A stretch of DNA of 63,742 bases, filler included, from Stramenopiles sp. TOSAG23-2 (lineage: Eukaryota): assembly GCA_900128395.1 (NCBI GenBank). It is 25 parts of 25 records of this genome, joined end to end, with 100 filler letters (N's around TTAATTAATTAA, not from the genome) between each part and the next. Parts side by side here need not be neighbours in the genome. Positions count along the whole stretch, not along the records: positions 10,263 to 12,727 come from LT651720.1; positions 12,828 to 15,290 come from LT651721.1; positions 15,391 to 17,851 come from LT651722.1; positions 17,952 to 20,411 come from LT651723.1; positions 20,512 to 22,970 come from LT651724.1; positions 23,071 to 25,526 come from LT651725.1; 19 more parts are not named here. One strand, 5' to 3'. Shown here in pieces: positions 12,175-24,553 of this stretch (positions within the stretch are counted from its first letter, which is position 1; each line of letters begins with the position of its first letter). A model generated the notes under the pieces. It made no database searches. It worked only from the letters and a program-made list of their open reading frames with translations, and was not told the DNA's origin. The position numbers were made by a program, and so were the translations under genes.

Positions 12175-12727
12175 ATGTCAAGAAAAAATCATAACAATAA
12201 TGCAAAATCATGGTTTTGGGGAAATACAAATAATAATAATAATAATGCAAATAATAAACCAACTACATTACCTTTACAACCGCATCGTACATATCAATCG
12301 TTACTTGGAAAATCACAACCAGATTTGTCTCGTCATCAACGTGCATTAGAAACACCTGATACTAACCGATATAGTGCAACCCCATCGTCAAGTCGTCGTC
12401 CTTTACATTCACGTACACATTCACGAAGAACCATTTCTACTGCTGGTTCTATTTTGTCCAATTATACAGAAACGGAAGTGGGAGATGATGGTCCTATAGC
12501 TCATAGGGATAAGATTACCCTTCGTAAAGTATTAACAATATTGACTGAAATTATTAAACGTGAATTATCCAAACCACAAGTTTATTCCAAAGTATTTTTG
12601 CCACCGAAACGTATTACTGATAGTTATTATCCAAAAACTGTATATTCAGAAACACGAGATTTTTTCGTAGAGAAAGAACATGCTCAACGACGGAAGGAAG
12701 ATAAGCGTGCGGAAGAATTAGTTTCAT
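12175..12727 (+). CDS. Hypothetical protein, N-terminal part
   Basis: ATG at 12175 (MSRKNHNNN) after an AT-rich leader; frame is open to the contig end. Confidence 0.55.
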
Positions 12728-12827
12728 NNNNNNNNNNNNNNNNNNNNNNNNNNNNNNNNNNNNNNNNNNNNTTAATTAATTAANNNNNNNNNNNNNNNNN
12801 NNNNNNNNNNNNNNNNNNNNNNNNNNN

Positions 12828-15156
12828 GATTGGCTAGTTTCCAGAAATCTTTCGGCGCAAACGGGGGAGAAATCGCGAGCTCGGCTTTACCCCACGGCCA
12901 GATGCCGGATTTGACGAGTAAATTGAGCGTCCTGGCTGCCGTTTCTGTAGCTGCACGATTCACCGCCGACGAGTAGCCACCGCTCTTGTCGTGCATGGTT
13001 TCCACGTTTTCGTAATCATCTTCGTTTTCTCGCAATAAATCGGCAACGTGAGGCCAGCAAAATCTCGCCGACGATTGGGCGACGATTTTGTTTTCCTCCG
13101 AACGACTTTCGAGCCAATCCCGTTCGCCTCGAGAAACGCACGCGGAAATTAAAGCTAAAGAACACTTGCGAATTTTTGGTCGGAAAGGATGTTTTGGTGA
13201 GACAAATGAGCCGATGGTATTTGAAAGCACCTTGGAGCGTAAGAACGCGCCGTGCGAAGGCGTAAACGCCAACCCTTTTACGACGACACGTAAAACGGAT
13301 AACGCAGCGAGCAAAAGAATATGCGTGGACTCAGTCGTTTCCATGAGTATTTTTGTCGTCGCAATGGCGATATCTGTCGCACGTCTTTGCAAGTGGATAG
13401 TTTCATCGGCGACGGGCGGCGGCGGCGGTGCTGCAGAGATTGGAGAACAAACAATGACTGACTCGTTTCGACGCACCCTTTCGATTTCGTACTCCGCCAT
13501 GATTCGTGTGGTTGCATCATCTATTCGCTTTTGACACGCTTGGCTTACTTCCGGTGCGATTAAATCGCTTTCGTCCATTAACGATGGATTGAGCACTTTT
13601 CGGCTCGCTATCCAGTTTTCGCGCTCTCTTGCCAACACGAACTCGTCACTACAAACAGACACGAGACGTAAACAACTCTCCAAAGCGTAACACGCGCGCT
13701 CTCTAATGAATTCACTGGTTGTTTTCTCACCCCGAAAGGTATTTCCATCGTCATCGGTGATGACTTCGTCGTCAAACATACCATTGTCTTCCTCTTCGTC
13801 GCTCACTCTGAAGACGTCTAAATCTTTGCCCGACCAGTAGCGCTCGATCAACCTCAACGACGCGCGTAAACACGTCGCGCGCTGCGAAACGTTAAACGTT
13901 TGAAATCTTACCTCATCGTTGATTAAATCAGCGATTTTCTTACGGATGCGTAACGAGGATACTTTCTTGCGTTTCATATATGGCGCGTATTTATTCGCGC
14001 GAAGACACAATGCGTAAAACGCGCGCAACTCAGACTCATCGCTCGTGAATAATAAAGCTTCTGCGCGCTCTAAGGAAGCAATAATCTTCTCGTTGAATAC
14101 CTCGAACGATGCTTCTTCGATGTTTCGCTTTTGGAACGTCTCGTTTGAAGGTGAGGTTAACTCGACGAATTCGCGCAAAATTTGTACGACTTCGCCAGGA
14201 GTTGAGGAGGCGGTGTTCAAAACGCGCCGTTCTTCTTCCACTTCTTGCGCGTCCGCTCTATCGGCTTGCGTTTCGTCTTCGCGGCGCATTTCAGATACCG
14301 CAGCTTCGGCTGATAACGCTTCTTCAGGTGGAACATCTTGTGTACTACCGAGGAAAATAGTTGTAGTAGTAGTTGTCGTCGTCTCGCTCGCTGGAGGTTG
14401 TTGTTGTTGCGGCTGCTCGCTTTGTTGCTCTGGAACGCCAGGAGGCTGCAAAACAGCCGCATAAGATTCGTCAGTAGATGATGGATGTATTTGGCCGGGT
14501 CGGTTGATATTCACTCCTCCCGGTCCAACACTTCTTGGAGGTACAGCATTGCCAGTAGTTGCATTGACGTATCTCGCCCGAGCGACTGATTGGATCGCTC
14601 GACGACGTTTTCTTCGCTCGCGCCTTCGCTGAAAGAATTCCATCTCCTCGTTCGTCTCGTCGTGGTACCGTGCGTCTTGTTTCTGACACGGTGGCTTGAG
14701 TTCCCCGCCAATTATCTCGACATCTTTGTGGCCTGGAACGGACGTGCTAGTGACAGTTTTCTTCACACGTTCTACGGGTTCACCGTCGTTCGTGATGATG
14801 ACATCGTCGTCATCATCGTCTGCCACTCCTCCCACAGCTGCTCCACGAATGTGAGCACCCTCTTCTTCTGTTGCTCTTCTTCCTTCTTCTTCTTCTCCTC
14901 TGTTTTTCAAATCCAATTCGTACCTTTCTCGACGTTCTCTTTGTTGCTGCGCTAAAAGTTCGTCGTCAAACTCACCGTCAGTGGAATCGAGCTCGGATTC
15001 GTCGTCCGAGGATGCGGCAAATAAGAACGCGCCGTTGTTCTTGTCCGCGAACCGTTTGAACATAGTGGTGATGGTTGGCATTTTTTCAGATTTGTTTTGT
15101 TGTTGTTCATCGTTCGTACCTTCTCCACCGCCAATAATTACATCTTTTTCATGCAC
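12828..15156 (-). CDS. Large hypothetical protein with acidic disordered N-terminus and helical (ARM/HEAT-like) C-terminal part; probably from a different genome
   Basis: Long ORF on a contig visibly richer in GC and CpG. The true start may be the ATG at 15268 if the A8 run at 15255-15262 carries a 1-nt error. Confidence 0.65.
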
Positions 15157-15390
15157 GTCGTCATCATCCTCTCCATTTACCGCAGACGTAGTAGTATTAG
15201 CAATATTTGAAGTCCTCTTCGTGATCCCCGGGCTTTTTCGCGCACTTCTCGAGGAAAAAAAAGTCCATCGGTGTGTGTGTGTGTGTTACANNNNNNNNNN
15301 NNNNNNNNNNNNNNNNNNNNNNNNNNNNNNNNNNTTAATTAATTAANNNNNNNNNNNNNNNNNNNNNNNNNNNNNNNNNNNNNNNNNNNN

Positions 15391-16696
15391 ATATTTTTCT
15401 CTCATTCTTTTATCTTTGGCAGCCATGACGGATCTTGCAATGCTTTCTGCAACTCCGCTTTCACCGCCAACTGGAAGTTCAAGAATTTCGTATTTACTGG
15501 TGAAAAAGAGTGGCATAAATCTTGGACCTTTGAAATAAATCACTACGAAGGCACGACGACAATAACCAACGCCACCAGCCATCCCAGATGCTATGACAAA
15601 GAAGATGACAACTGTAAAAAATAAGATGTTTCGTGTTTGCACAAAAGCTGCGTATTTTCGAATGCCTTCTAGACTTTGTTGCCAGTCTTTATGCTCTCCC
15701 GATGCAATAAAATACCAAACGACAATGATAACACAGTAAATCGTTGCAATTGTCCACCATAATGGAAACGACTGATCTGCAGTAGTACTGGAAATCTCTT
15801 CAAGTTTATACGATGAAAGTGAATCAGCACGAAGTATTTTTCCACAACAACAACGTGAGGATCTACGCACACTCACTCGTCTGTTGGTTAAAATAATTTC
15901 TTGTGATTGACCTTTTAATTCTTTGCCTCTATATCGTTGCAAAATTTGTTCATCTTCCATCATACAAATTACACCTTCTCCAATATCATCTTCTGATTTC
16001 ACATCTACTCCTGGTCCTTTTCCAATGAAAACTAAATATTCGCTTAAATTGGACCAACTACCCCATGTACGGCCCCAGCGAGAAGTGTCAATAGTAGCAA
16101 ATACTTTTGGTCTAAAATATTGCAACAGTAATAATGGCAAGTACACTAAAAATAAAATCAATCCGATAATTCCAAGCATTCGGGATAGTGGATCTTGTTC
16201 GTAACCTTCCATGTCTTTCACGCTTTGTGCAGTTGCTGCATCAAATAGGAAAAAGACCACAAGAATAAAGCCGACCATAACCACTATTTTATAAATTTCA
16301 TCGTATATGTATGTATGTATTTGTGTTAGAGGGAGAGTTTATAAGGGGGGGTAAAAAAATTTATAAGTAAGTGCATTGTTGAGTGAATCAGTTTTTAGAT
16401 AAATCATTTATTAGGAACTTACTAAAATAAAAATAATCATTAAATGGAGCTTTGTCGAGATGAACAGCACGAATATCATCATGATTGTAAATATTAACCA
16501 CTGATGCGGTGTTGCACTTTCCATATGTAGTTTTCGTGACCGATAGAAGCTGACTTTCGGTTACACCAATGTATTTTTCATCTGGCGATGGACAAGCTCC
16601 AAGATTATTTTCATATTTAATCAAACAATTCCTATTGCCATCTTTATCGACTCCAACATCTGGAATAACACCTTTAATTTCAACACCACCACTCAT
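15391..16696 (-). CDS. Multi-pass membrane protein with two PH-like modules, two exons (16696-16423, 16283-15391)
   Basis: A GTAAGT..ATAG intron at 16422-16284 (139 bp) joins the 102-aa and 313-aa ORFs in frame. Internal repeat YIGVTESQLLSV..YNHDDI / EIILTNRRVSV..YKLEEI, each followed by TM helices. Confidence 0.65.
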
Positions 16697-17493
16697 ATTT
16701 TTATGATACGATTTAATTTTTGTTTGTTTTGTATGAAGTTAATATTATATTACTTTTTAATATATATTCTTTCTTTGAATCTTTCTTATATCTTTGGTAT
16801 CTATATATTACTGTATATTAGTATATATTATTATATATTATTAGAATTATACTTGTTGAGTCAAAAAAAAAAAAAAGTATGTACCGCCTTGTGATCGCCT
16901 GCTGTGGCCTGCCTGTATTTTGATTGTTGAAGTGTCGGCAAAACTTTTTTTTGTTGGTTTTTTGTCCCGGGCACACCTATCACCTATCCCCGTGGCCTTA
17001 TTAAGGGCTGGCTTATTTACACGAGGCATTTTAGGGCTGGCCCAGCTGGCACATCAGCCGCAGGATGTCCACAGGGTGAATATATTTACCTAGAATTAGT
17101 GAAATACCTAAATTTCAATAAAATGTCTTTCCACCCAGAATGAGGCTGGAGAGCTCTATCACGTCGTTGCGCCTTTGCTATTTTGATTGTTGAAGTTAAA
17201 GTTTTGTCCGGGGCACACTATTTTGACGACTCGCACTCCTGGCACTCCCTCCCTGAAGACCGATGGCATAATAACAGGTGCATACAATGGAACAAACACC
17301 AAGATGAACTTTTGTACACAGTACGCAGAGATAAGAGATACGCATACTGTGTAAACTTTTGCAAACACTGATACACACACAGAAACATATATATATATGC
17401 CTGTACATCAGAAAACGTATAGAAACAAGAATATATCAAACACAACACATACCAATAAAATTTTAATAATAAATATATACAAAAACAAAAACG

Positions 17494-17851
17494 ATGAAAC
17501 TAAATCTTACTTTATTAGTGATAGCAGTTGTATGCGCATCTGCAAACGCAATTAGTAACGGAAGTAAATGTATGTTGATCAACTTATCCCACACTATATA
17601 CAAAGACGACTATATAAATATCTCTAACAATATTTTCTACAAATATTATATATATATATACATATTATACAGGAAGAAGTATGGACGGATTCAAGCACTT
17701 GTGAAGGTGAACCGACAAGAGTCACAACTTTTACCGATGGATGTTTTAAAAAAGGTACTAATAACTTTCAAAAATGGGTATCAATTGATTCAAATACAAT
17801 TAAAAGACAAAGGTATGGTAGTTTTGGATGTGATGGCGCGGTAACCAGCAC
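17494..17851 (+). CDS. Probable secreted protein, N-terminal part (intron likely, junction unresolved)
   Basis: Signal peptide MKLNLTLLVIAVVCASANA, an AT-rich intron-like tract, then a Cys-containing frame EEVWTDSSTCEGEPTRV after ATACAG. Confidence 0.4.
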
Positions 17852-18387
17852 NNNNNNNNNNNNNNNNNNNNNNNNNNNNNNNNNNNNNNNNNNNNTTAAT
17901 TAATTAANNNNNNNNNNNNNNNNNNNNNNNNNNNNNNNNNNNNNNNNNNNNATTATACTGGATCGATGTATTTGTAAATTGTAAATTGTATATTTATATT
18001 TATTATACCAAGAAGTATTAGCACATTAACATTAGTAGTACAGCCTGGACAGATGTATAATATTATTAAATACAACCATATGAAAAAACCAACAAGCGGG
18101 CAAGCCCAGCAAGCTTTAACCAGTTAAACTGGAAAAGGGACATATAGTATATTAAATAGCTTGACACAGCATTAAGGCCAAATAAAAATAAAAATACATA
18201 AATCTTACATTACACATGGATGCACACACACTTCGCACTCACACACCACACATATGTGCTCAACAAATAATACGCGTATTGTTTTTCGATTTGTTTTTTT
18301 CATTTCATAACATACATATTTTTTCCTTTCTACGATATATATCGTCGATTGAATATAATATTATTTTTCAAATGTAATATTTAAAGT

Positions 18388-19200
18388 TTTGCATTTCCAT
18401 CAAAAACTTCTTCAACACTTGCTACCGTCTTTTTCGGTGGAGACGAAGGGAATGTTGCCTACATGTTGTTGTATATACTAATATTTTTATGTTTGTCATT
18501 AGCATGGTTGACTTACAGTATGCAGCCATGCTTAGTCCCGGAGATAAATCGTTGGAGAACGGCAGTTTTCATTGCATGTGCTTTCAGTGGTGTAGGTGCC
18601 GTTTTCTATATGTATACACAATTTGAAATTATGGCTTGGGTAATTATTTTCAGTGGATGGGGCTTATGCATTTTCGCAGCAACTGCGGATGAAACTCGAA
18701 ATCAGCTATATAAAAAGAAAGAAAGAAGATTGAAATGGTTGGCACAACAAGAAGAGTTGCGCTTGAAAAAAGAGCATAAGGCATATTTAAAACGTTGTGC
18801 TATTGAAGATAATAAATTTGTAAAAGGGAATGCAGATGCCGGGGCTGATATAGGTTTTTGGTATTGGGGTGGAGCAAGCGAAGAAGATATGGTATTGGAA
18901 GGAAACCACACGTTTGGTATGGAGGAAGGATTTTGGTATGCCGGTTCAAAATATTTTGAAGGTTATGAAGACGAGCAAATGCCAAGTGAAAAAAGTAGAG
19001 GAAAGAAAGGCAAAAAAGGAAAAAAAGAAAAAGGAAAGAAAGGGAAGAAGGGTAAAGCCGGAGGAGCAAAGAAAAAGTCACCTGCTTTAAAGAGAACAAA
19101 GACAAAAAAAGCAAAAATGAATTTCGATGATTTAGATGATGATGAATTCGAAGCAATGATCTTGGCAAAGCAAAAAGCTAGAAAGAAAAAACGGAAATAA
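18388..19200 (+). CDS. Terminal exon of a multi-TM protein with a Lys-rich tail
   Basis: Three hydrophobic helices around QPCLVPEINRWR and a KKGKKGKK tail; frame is open upstream of the ORF-track start. Confidence 0.55.
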   Translation, partial: FAFPSKTSSTLATVFFGGDEGNVAYMLLYILIFLCLSLAWLTYSMQPCLVPEINRWRTAVFIACAFSGVGAVFYMYTQFEIMAWVIIFSGWGLCIFAATADETRNQLYKKKERRLKWLAQQEELRLKKEHKAYLKRCAIEDNKFVKGNADAGADIGFWYWGGASEEDMVLEGNHTFGMEEGFWYAGSKYFEGYEDEQMPSEKSRGKKGKKGKKEKGKKGKKGKAGGAKKKSPALKRTKTKKAKMNFDDLDDDEFEAMILAKQKARKKKRK

Positions 19201-20512
19201 AACAGAATATGTGTGATGGTGCGTGCAGTATGATAAAATATCTCGAGATAGCCTTTTTTCTTTTTTAGTATCATTACGAAGATTAATGTTGTCATTTAAT
19301 TTTCGTAAATAATTCTCTTATATTTTTATTAAAATATTTTTTATATTAAAATTCTGCATGCCTGGCATGTGCGTATTCCTCTTGTTGGTCATTAATCACG
19401 ATTGCTCACCCGCAAAATTGGATCGTAGGCCATGCTGTGTCTATGGTAGATAAATGCTAGCATAGTACTACGCTTAAAACCAATAGCATAGACACAGAGG
19501 GTGTTATTTTCAATTTGGCATTTCGATTTGTAATATTCTAATGTACAAGTATACAAATTTCATTTTGATACCATCACGTAAAGTGGAAATCAGGATGATA
19601 AAAAAAAGATGATCAATGTTCTGAATGGAGGCGGACATGAAATTTTTATGAAAATAATAAATTTACGAGGGTTTGCCAGTTTGCCAGTTTTTGGATGCAA
19701 TCACCAAAAAAATTTGCTTGGGAGTCCCACGAAAGTTCAGCCTGGCTGATTGCTGTGTTTTCATCTCCTGCTGCAAAAATTGTTGGGTGTGTGAATTTTT
19801 ATTTTCTACTATCGAATTTTTGGTTTGTTTCCATCCTTTTTATATAATTTAGCACCTCTATATCATGTATTTTAAAAAATAAGGATTTTACATTTTATAT
19901 ATTTCATCCCACCTTCTTTTGTTGCAAAAAGATTGTTTACGAGGATGAAATATACGAAATGAAAAAACATAAACAAGACCACAACCAACAAAATTAAAAG
20001 ATGCTGCCAACATAACGATGTTCAGGTGTGGATCCGTGTGAAAATCGATTCATGTTTTTTTAATTTGATGTAATTTATTATTGTATTTTCTATTTCAAAA
20101 TATCGGATATTTTATTTATACCTGTTGTGATGGGATGTAAAAGAGGATCAATTGGATGCTTGATTGAGACTTCAAATGTTTGTATTATTAATCCTAAAAA
20201 CAAATCAAAAAAGACAGAAAAAATAGAAAATTTTCTGCATGTAAAAGAAATATAAATGTATTTTAAAATAAAAACAACCAAGAAACAACTATTAAATTAT
20301 ATGTAACAAACGTAATGAAGTAAAAAATGAAACTTTAAAATTATACAACTTTGATAATACAAATAATTTATTTATATATTAATTTTATTTATTTTTTTTT
20401 TGGCAGAATCCNNNNNNNNNNNNNNNNNNNNNNNNNNNNNNNNNNNNNNNNNNNNTTAATTAATTAANNNNNNNNNNNNNNNNNNNNNNNNNNNNNNNNN
20501 NNNNNNNNNNNG

Positions 20513-22102
20513 GATGATTCTGCCAATTGCTTGAATTGTTCATATCTTATAAATGGATATAATGTAATGGATAAAAAGAACCAGGCTATTGAAGTTATGA
20601 AAAAGAAAAAAATGAAAAAAAACGAAAAGCTTGATTCTAATTTACCTCATAATGAAAGCAAAAATAGTAGGAAAAAGATAAAGAAGAAGAGGAAACATGA
20701 CGAAGTTAACCAGAATGATATCAGTGATCCAACTTTAAAAATACCGATTGCCAAAGAACAAAAACGTAAGATGGTAAAGCACATTATGAATAAAGCAACA
20801 AAAAAGAGATTTTCATTGATTTTTACTGATATTTCAGGCAAGAAAAACGACATGTTTCCTATCTTTCATTTAGATCCAAATGAAAGTATTACATTAGGTA
20901 GAAAGAATTTTCAAAATCTTATAAACAATCATGAGTACATCAGTAAGAATATTTCTCGGGTGCACATGCAAATTGATGCATCGGATAAATGTGTGAAAAT
21001 TAAGTGTCTTGGGGTAAATTTATTAGGATATAGGCGCTCTAGCTCAATAAAAGACACGTATACAACGATGGAACATAATAGCGAGCTGACAGCATTAAGA
21101 CCAGGTGATACAATAATATTTCCAGATAAAAATGCTGGATCCAAACGCTTTACATATACTCTCTACAGAAATGACACTCTAGCAATAAACAACGTTGAGG
21201 CGGGGGGATCAGACTCATCATCGTCTCAAAATTTTCATAATGTTGATACAATAGATAAAAAATTGAAAAGAAATGGTTTGCATCACCCTCGTGGTAAGGG
21301 CTGGGGAAACGCTCCAAGTCAACCACTCGCTGTAGTAAGCTCAGGTCAACATGGATTGGGGCATAAGAAAGAAGATCGTCCATTAATGAAGAAGCCCCCC
21401 AGTGGCAGTGGCTGGGGTTCTGCTGGGAAAGATGTCAACAATGCTGTAGATAATATGAGCCAAGGGCAGAAAAGAAATTGGGGTAATATGAATGGCAGTA
21501 ATAGCAATGGTAATAATGCAAATACGGCAACAGCGGTGACTAGTAGGGGTGGTTGGGGCATTGCAAGTAGTAAAGGACGAGGTTGGGGTAACACCACGTC
21601 TAATAATAATGTCATGCCGAATAACCTGAACAGGGTAAGAGGGGGTTGGGGTAACAACATGTTCAATAATAACATCAGTAGCAATAGAGATAATAGGAAT
21701 TCAGGTTGGGGAAATGACAAAATGTCCAATAATGGCAGTAGCAATAAACATCATGAAAATTTGGGTTGGGGCAACAAAATGCCAAATAGTAGTCGCAATA
21801 GAAACAATGCTAGTTTGGGTTGGGGAGATCAGAAAGCCAGCAATGTTGGTTGGGGTTTTAATGTTAACTCCACTACCACCACCAAAAAGGATGACAATAT
21901 TGGTATCAATTCGCATGGTAGAAAATCAACCGGCTCTCCAAGATGGCAAAGCAACAACAACATTAAAAATCAAAGATTTTTCCAACATAGCAAAAATGAC
22001 AATCCTGGCGTGAGACTGGATCCAACAAACACAAACCGTGAAAATCCACCTGGGCGTGGGAGAGGAAGAAATTTAACCAGGCCGGCGTGGATGGACGGGT
22101 AA
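20513..22102 (+). CDS. FHA-domain protein with WG/GW repeat region, 5'-truncated
   Basis: ITLGR..ISRVH..KCLGVN..LRPGD (aprataxin/PNKP-type FHA), ten WG dipeptides in an N/G/S-rich region, C-terminal GRGRGRNLTRPAWM. Confidence 0.75.
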   Translation, partial: DDSANCLNCSYLINGYNVMDKKNQAIEVMKKKKMKKNEKLDSNLPHNESKNSRKKIKKKRKHDEVNQNDISDPTLKIPIAKEQKRKMVKHIMNKATKKRFSLIFTDISGKKNDMFPIFHLDPNESITLGRKNFQNLINNHEYISKNISRVHMQIDASDKCVKIKCLGVNLLGYRRSSSIKDTYTTMEHNSELTALRPGDTIIFPDKNAGSKRFTYTLYRNDTLAINNVEAGGSDSSSSQNFHNVDTIDKKLKRNGLHHPRGKGWGNAPSQPLAVVSSGQHGLGHKKEDRPLMKKPPSGSGWGSAGKDVNNAVDNMSQGQKRNWGNMNGSNSNGNNANTATAVTSRGGWGIASSKGRGWGNTTSNNNVMPNNLNRVRGGWGNNMFNNNISSNRDNRNSGWGNDKMSNNGSSNKHHENLGWGNKMPNSSRNRNNASLGWGDQKASNVGWGFNVNSTTTTKKDDNIGINSHGRKSTGSPRWQSNNNIKNQRFFQHSKNDNPGVRLDPTNTNRENPPGRGRGRNLTRPAWMDG

Positions 22103-23365
22103 AGTGAAAACAAAGAGAGAGAGTGATTTGTCATTAAAAAAAAATATGCTTTACTAGCCCTATAAATCTAATAAAAGGCTATAATAGCTGGCTAGGGCAG
22201 ACAGTATTATACAGTACCGTATTATGATATATCTCCTATCTGGCTTTAAAAAAAAATTGGCTTTATTTTTAAGGTTCGTGCGTTCTGGGGGTTGGCACGT
22301 TGTAAAAACATAAAATTTTGACGTCAAGATCTCCTCCAAAATATATGACATTTTTGACTATTTTATTAGAAATGTTTAAAATCGTTTTTGACTATTTTAT
22401 TAGAAAATGTTTAAAATATGGAACTATATCCTCCCATTATTCTAATTATTATCCATTATAAATTTTATTTTCTATCTTGTTACGGTAATTGAGACCTAAT
22501 TCTATCATTAATGATATGTATTTATTATAGTATAAAATTTTACTAAAACTTGATAGGAAAAGTATCGAAAATCATGTTCAAAGAATTATTTTAGAAAAAT
22601 ATAGATTTCTAGAATTTTGTAATTTTCTTGCTTTTGGAGGCCTTTTCGCGAATATTTTTCATAGTAAAATTTATTTTCATATGTTTCGAGGCAGCGTATA
22701 CTGTAAACCACCTGTGGTAGTTTTAACTACACAGCAGTATTTTCCAATTATTATATAGTACTATTTTTATAGACGACAGGTATGCTGGTATGATGGTAGT
22801 ATTATTATTATTCTTCCAGAATAAAATAATAATTATTTATTATTATATTATTCCCTGTCCAGATCTGTATGGGTTTCAACTTACAGTATCAAAGGGTTCA
22901 CTAAAATTAATTGAAAAAAATCATTAGGAAAAGACGATAATTAGTATACGAAAAGTATAACTGAAAATGTNNNNNNNNNNNNNNNNNNNNNNNNNNNNNN
23001 NNNNNNNNNNNNNNTTAATTAATTAANNNNNNNNNNNNNNNNNNNNNNNNNNNNNNNNNNNNNNNNNNNNCCATATGAAAACGTATGTTTAGTAAAAATG
23101 GATCATTTCTTGGTGGTTTAATATTTACTCTTGTGTGTATTTAAAATAGTTATATCAAAGACGAAGGAAGAAAGAGAGGGTGAAGTAAATCTATAAATAC
23201 ATTTGGTAAGAAGTAACGTGTTGACATCTTGAAGGAGGAAATGGACATATGTAATACGTGTTTACAATATTTTGTGTTGTACAATCTCGTTTTTGTTTTG
23301 GTTTATGCTACTACTAACAGTGTTTTATTGTCAATCAACTTGTATTTTTGTTGAAGCCGCCGCCT

Positions 23366-24111
23366 CCTTGTTGAATGTAAATGTTGGTCCAAAACTTCAA
23401 ATATAAAAAATAAATATATATATCTAGAAAAGGAAAAGAAAGAAAAAGATAGAAAGAATAATACAAACAATAATTGAACGTTTGGAATCAGATAATAAGA
23501 ATCTTTTGACAATATTATTTTTAGTTGTATCGGTTCTTACATAGCAGTCGAGAATATATTTTTGTTGTCTATACATATTGTGTATTGAATCACTATATAT
23601 AGAATTTTAGATTTATTTATTGTAATCCTTGTTGAATGTAAATGTTGGTCCAAAACTTCAAATATAAAAAATAAATATATATATCTAGAAAAGGAAAAGA
23701 AAGAAAAAGATAGAAAGAATAATACAAACAATAATTGAACGTTTGGAATCAGATAATAAGAATCTTTTGACAATATTATTTTTAGTTGTATCGGTTCTTA
23801 CATAGCAGTCGAGAATATATTTTTGTTGTCTATACATATTGTGTATTGAATCACTATATATAGAATTTTAGATTTATTTATTGTAATTTTTGTCTAGTAT
23901 TGTACTGAATTATAAATAGATTTTTAATTTAATTTTGTGCTTGTATACATACTATCGGTTCTTACATAGCAGTCGAGAATATATTTTTGTTGTCTATACA
24001 TATTGTGAATCATTATATATAGAATTTTAGATTTATTTATTGCATTTTTTGTCTAGTATTGTACTGAATTATAAATAGATTTTTAATATAATTTTGTGCT
24101 TGTATACATAC
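23366..24111. repeat. Tandem duplication, 261-bp period, plus a partial third copy
   Basis: CCTTGTTGAATGTAAATGTTGGTCC starts at about 23366 and 23627. TATCGGTTCTTACATAGCAGTCGAG occurs three times (about 23528, 23789, 23953). Confidence 0.9.
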
Positions 24112-24136
24112 CGATTATACATACAATATAAATAAG

Positions 24137-24553
24137 ATGGCATCGATAGTAAACAACAATAGCAACAACAATAATAACAATGGAATGGATATACGTGGTG
24201 TACGGATACAAGTATTACAAGATATATCCAAACGATTGAATAAATTTAATAATGCAGAACGTGTATTTTACAAAGGAAATAGTGCGATACAATTAGCTAG
24301 AAATACATTGCAAATGCGTAAATTGAATAATAACAAACAAATTGTTCGAGAGAATATTATGTTGAATGAACAAGAACAATTGTTGGTCAAACCAAATATG
24401 AAAGCTGCAATTGGTGATCGTGTAAAAAAAGATATTACTCATTTGACATGGAAAACGTGTTTCGATAATGAATCGAATGAGGTATGGTATTACAATAAAA
24501 ATACTAAAACATCTACATGGGACAAACCTGATGATATTTACACCGTTTATTAA
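24137..24553 (+). CDS. Small WW-domain protein
   Basis: WKTCFDNESNEVWYYNKNTKTSTWDKP matches the WW consensus. Confidence 0.65.
   Translation: MASIVNNNSNNNNNNGMDIRGVRIQVLQDISKRLNKFNNAERVFYKGNSAIQLARNTLQMRKLNNNKQIVRENIMLNEQEQLLVKPNMKAAIGDRVKKDITHLTWKTCFDNESNEVWYYNKNTKTSTWDKPDDIYTVY

Noticed and set aside
23303-23773. Two near-identical small minus-strand ORFs
   Set aside because: By-products of the 261-bp tandem duplication, with non-ATG starts and low complexity.
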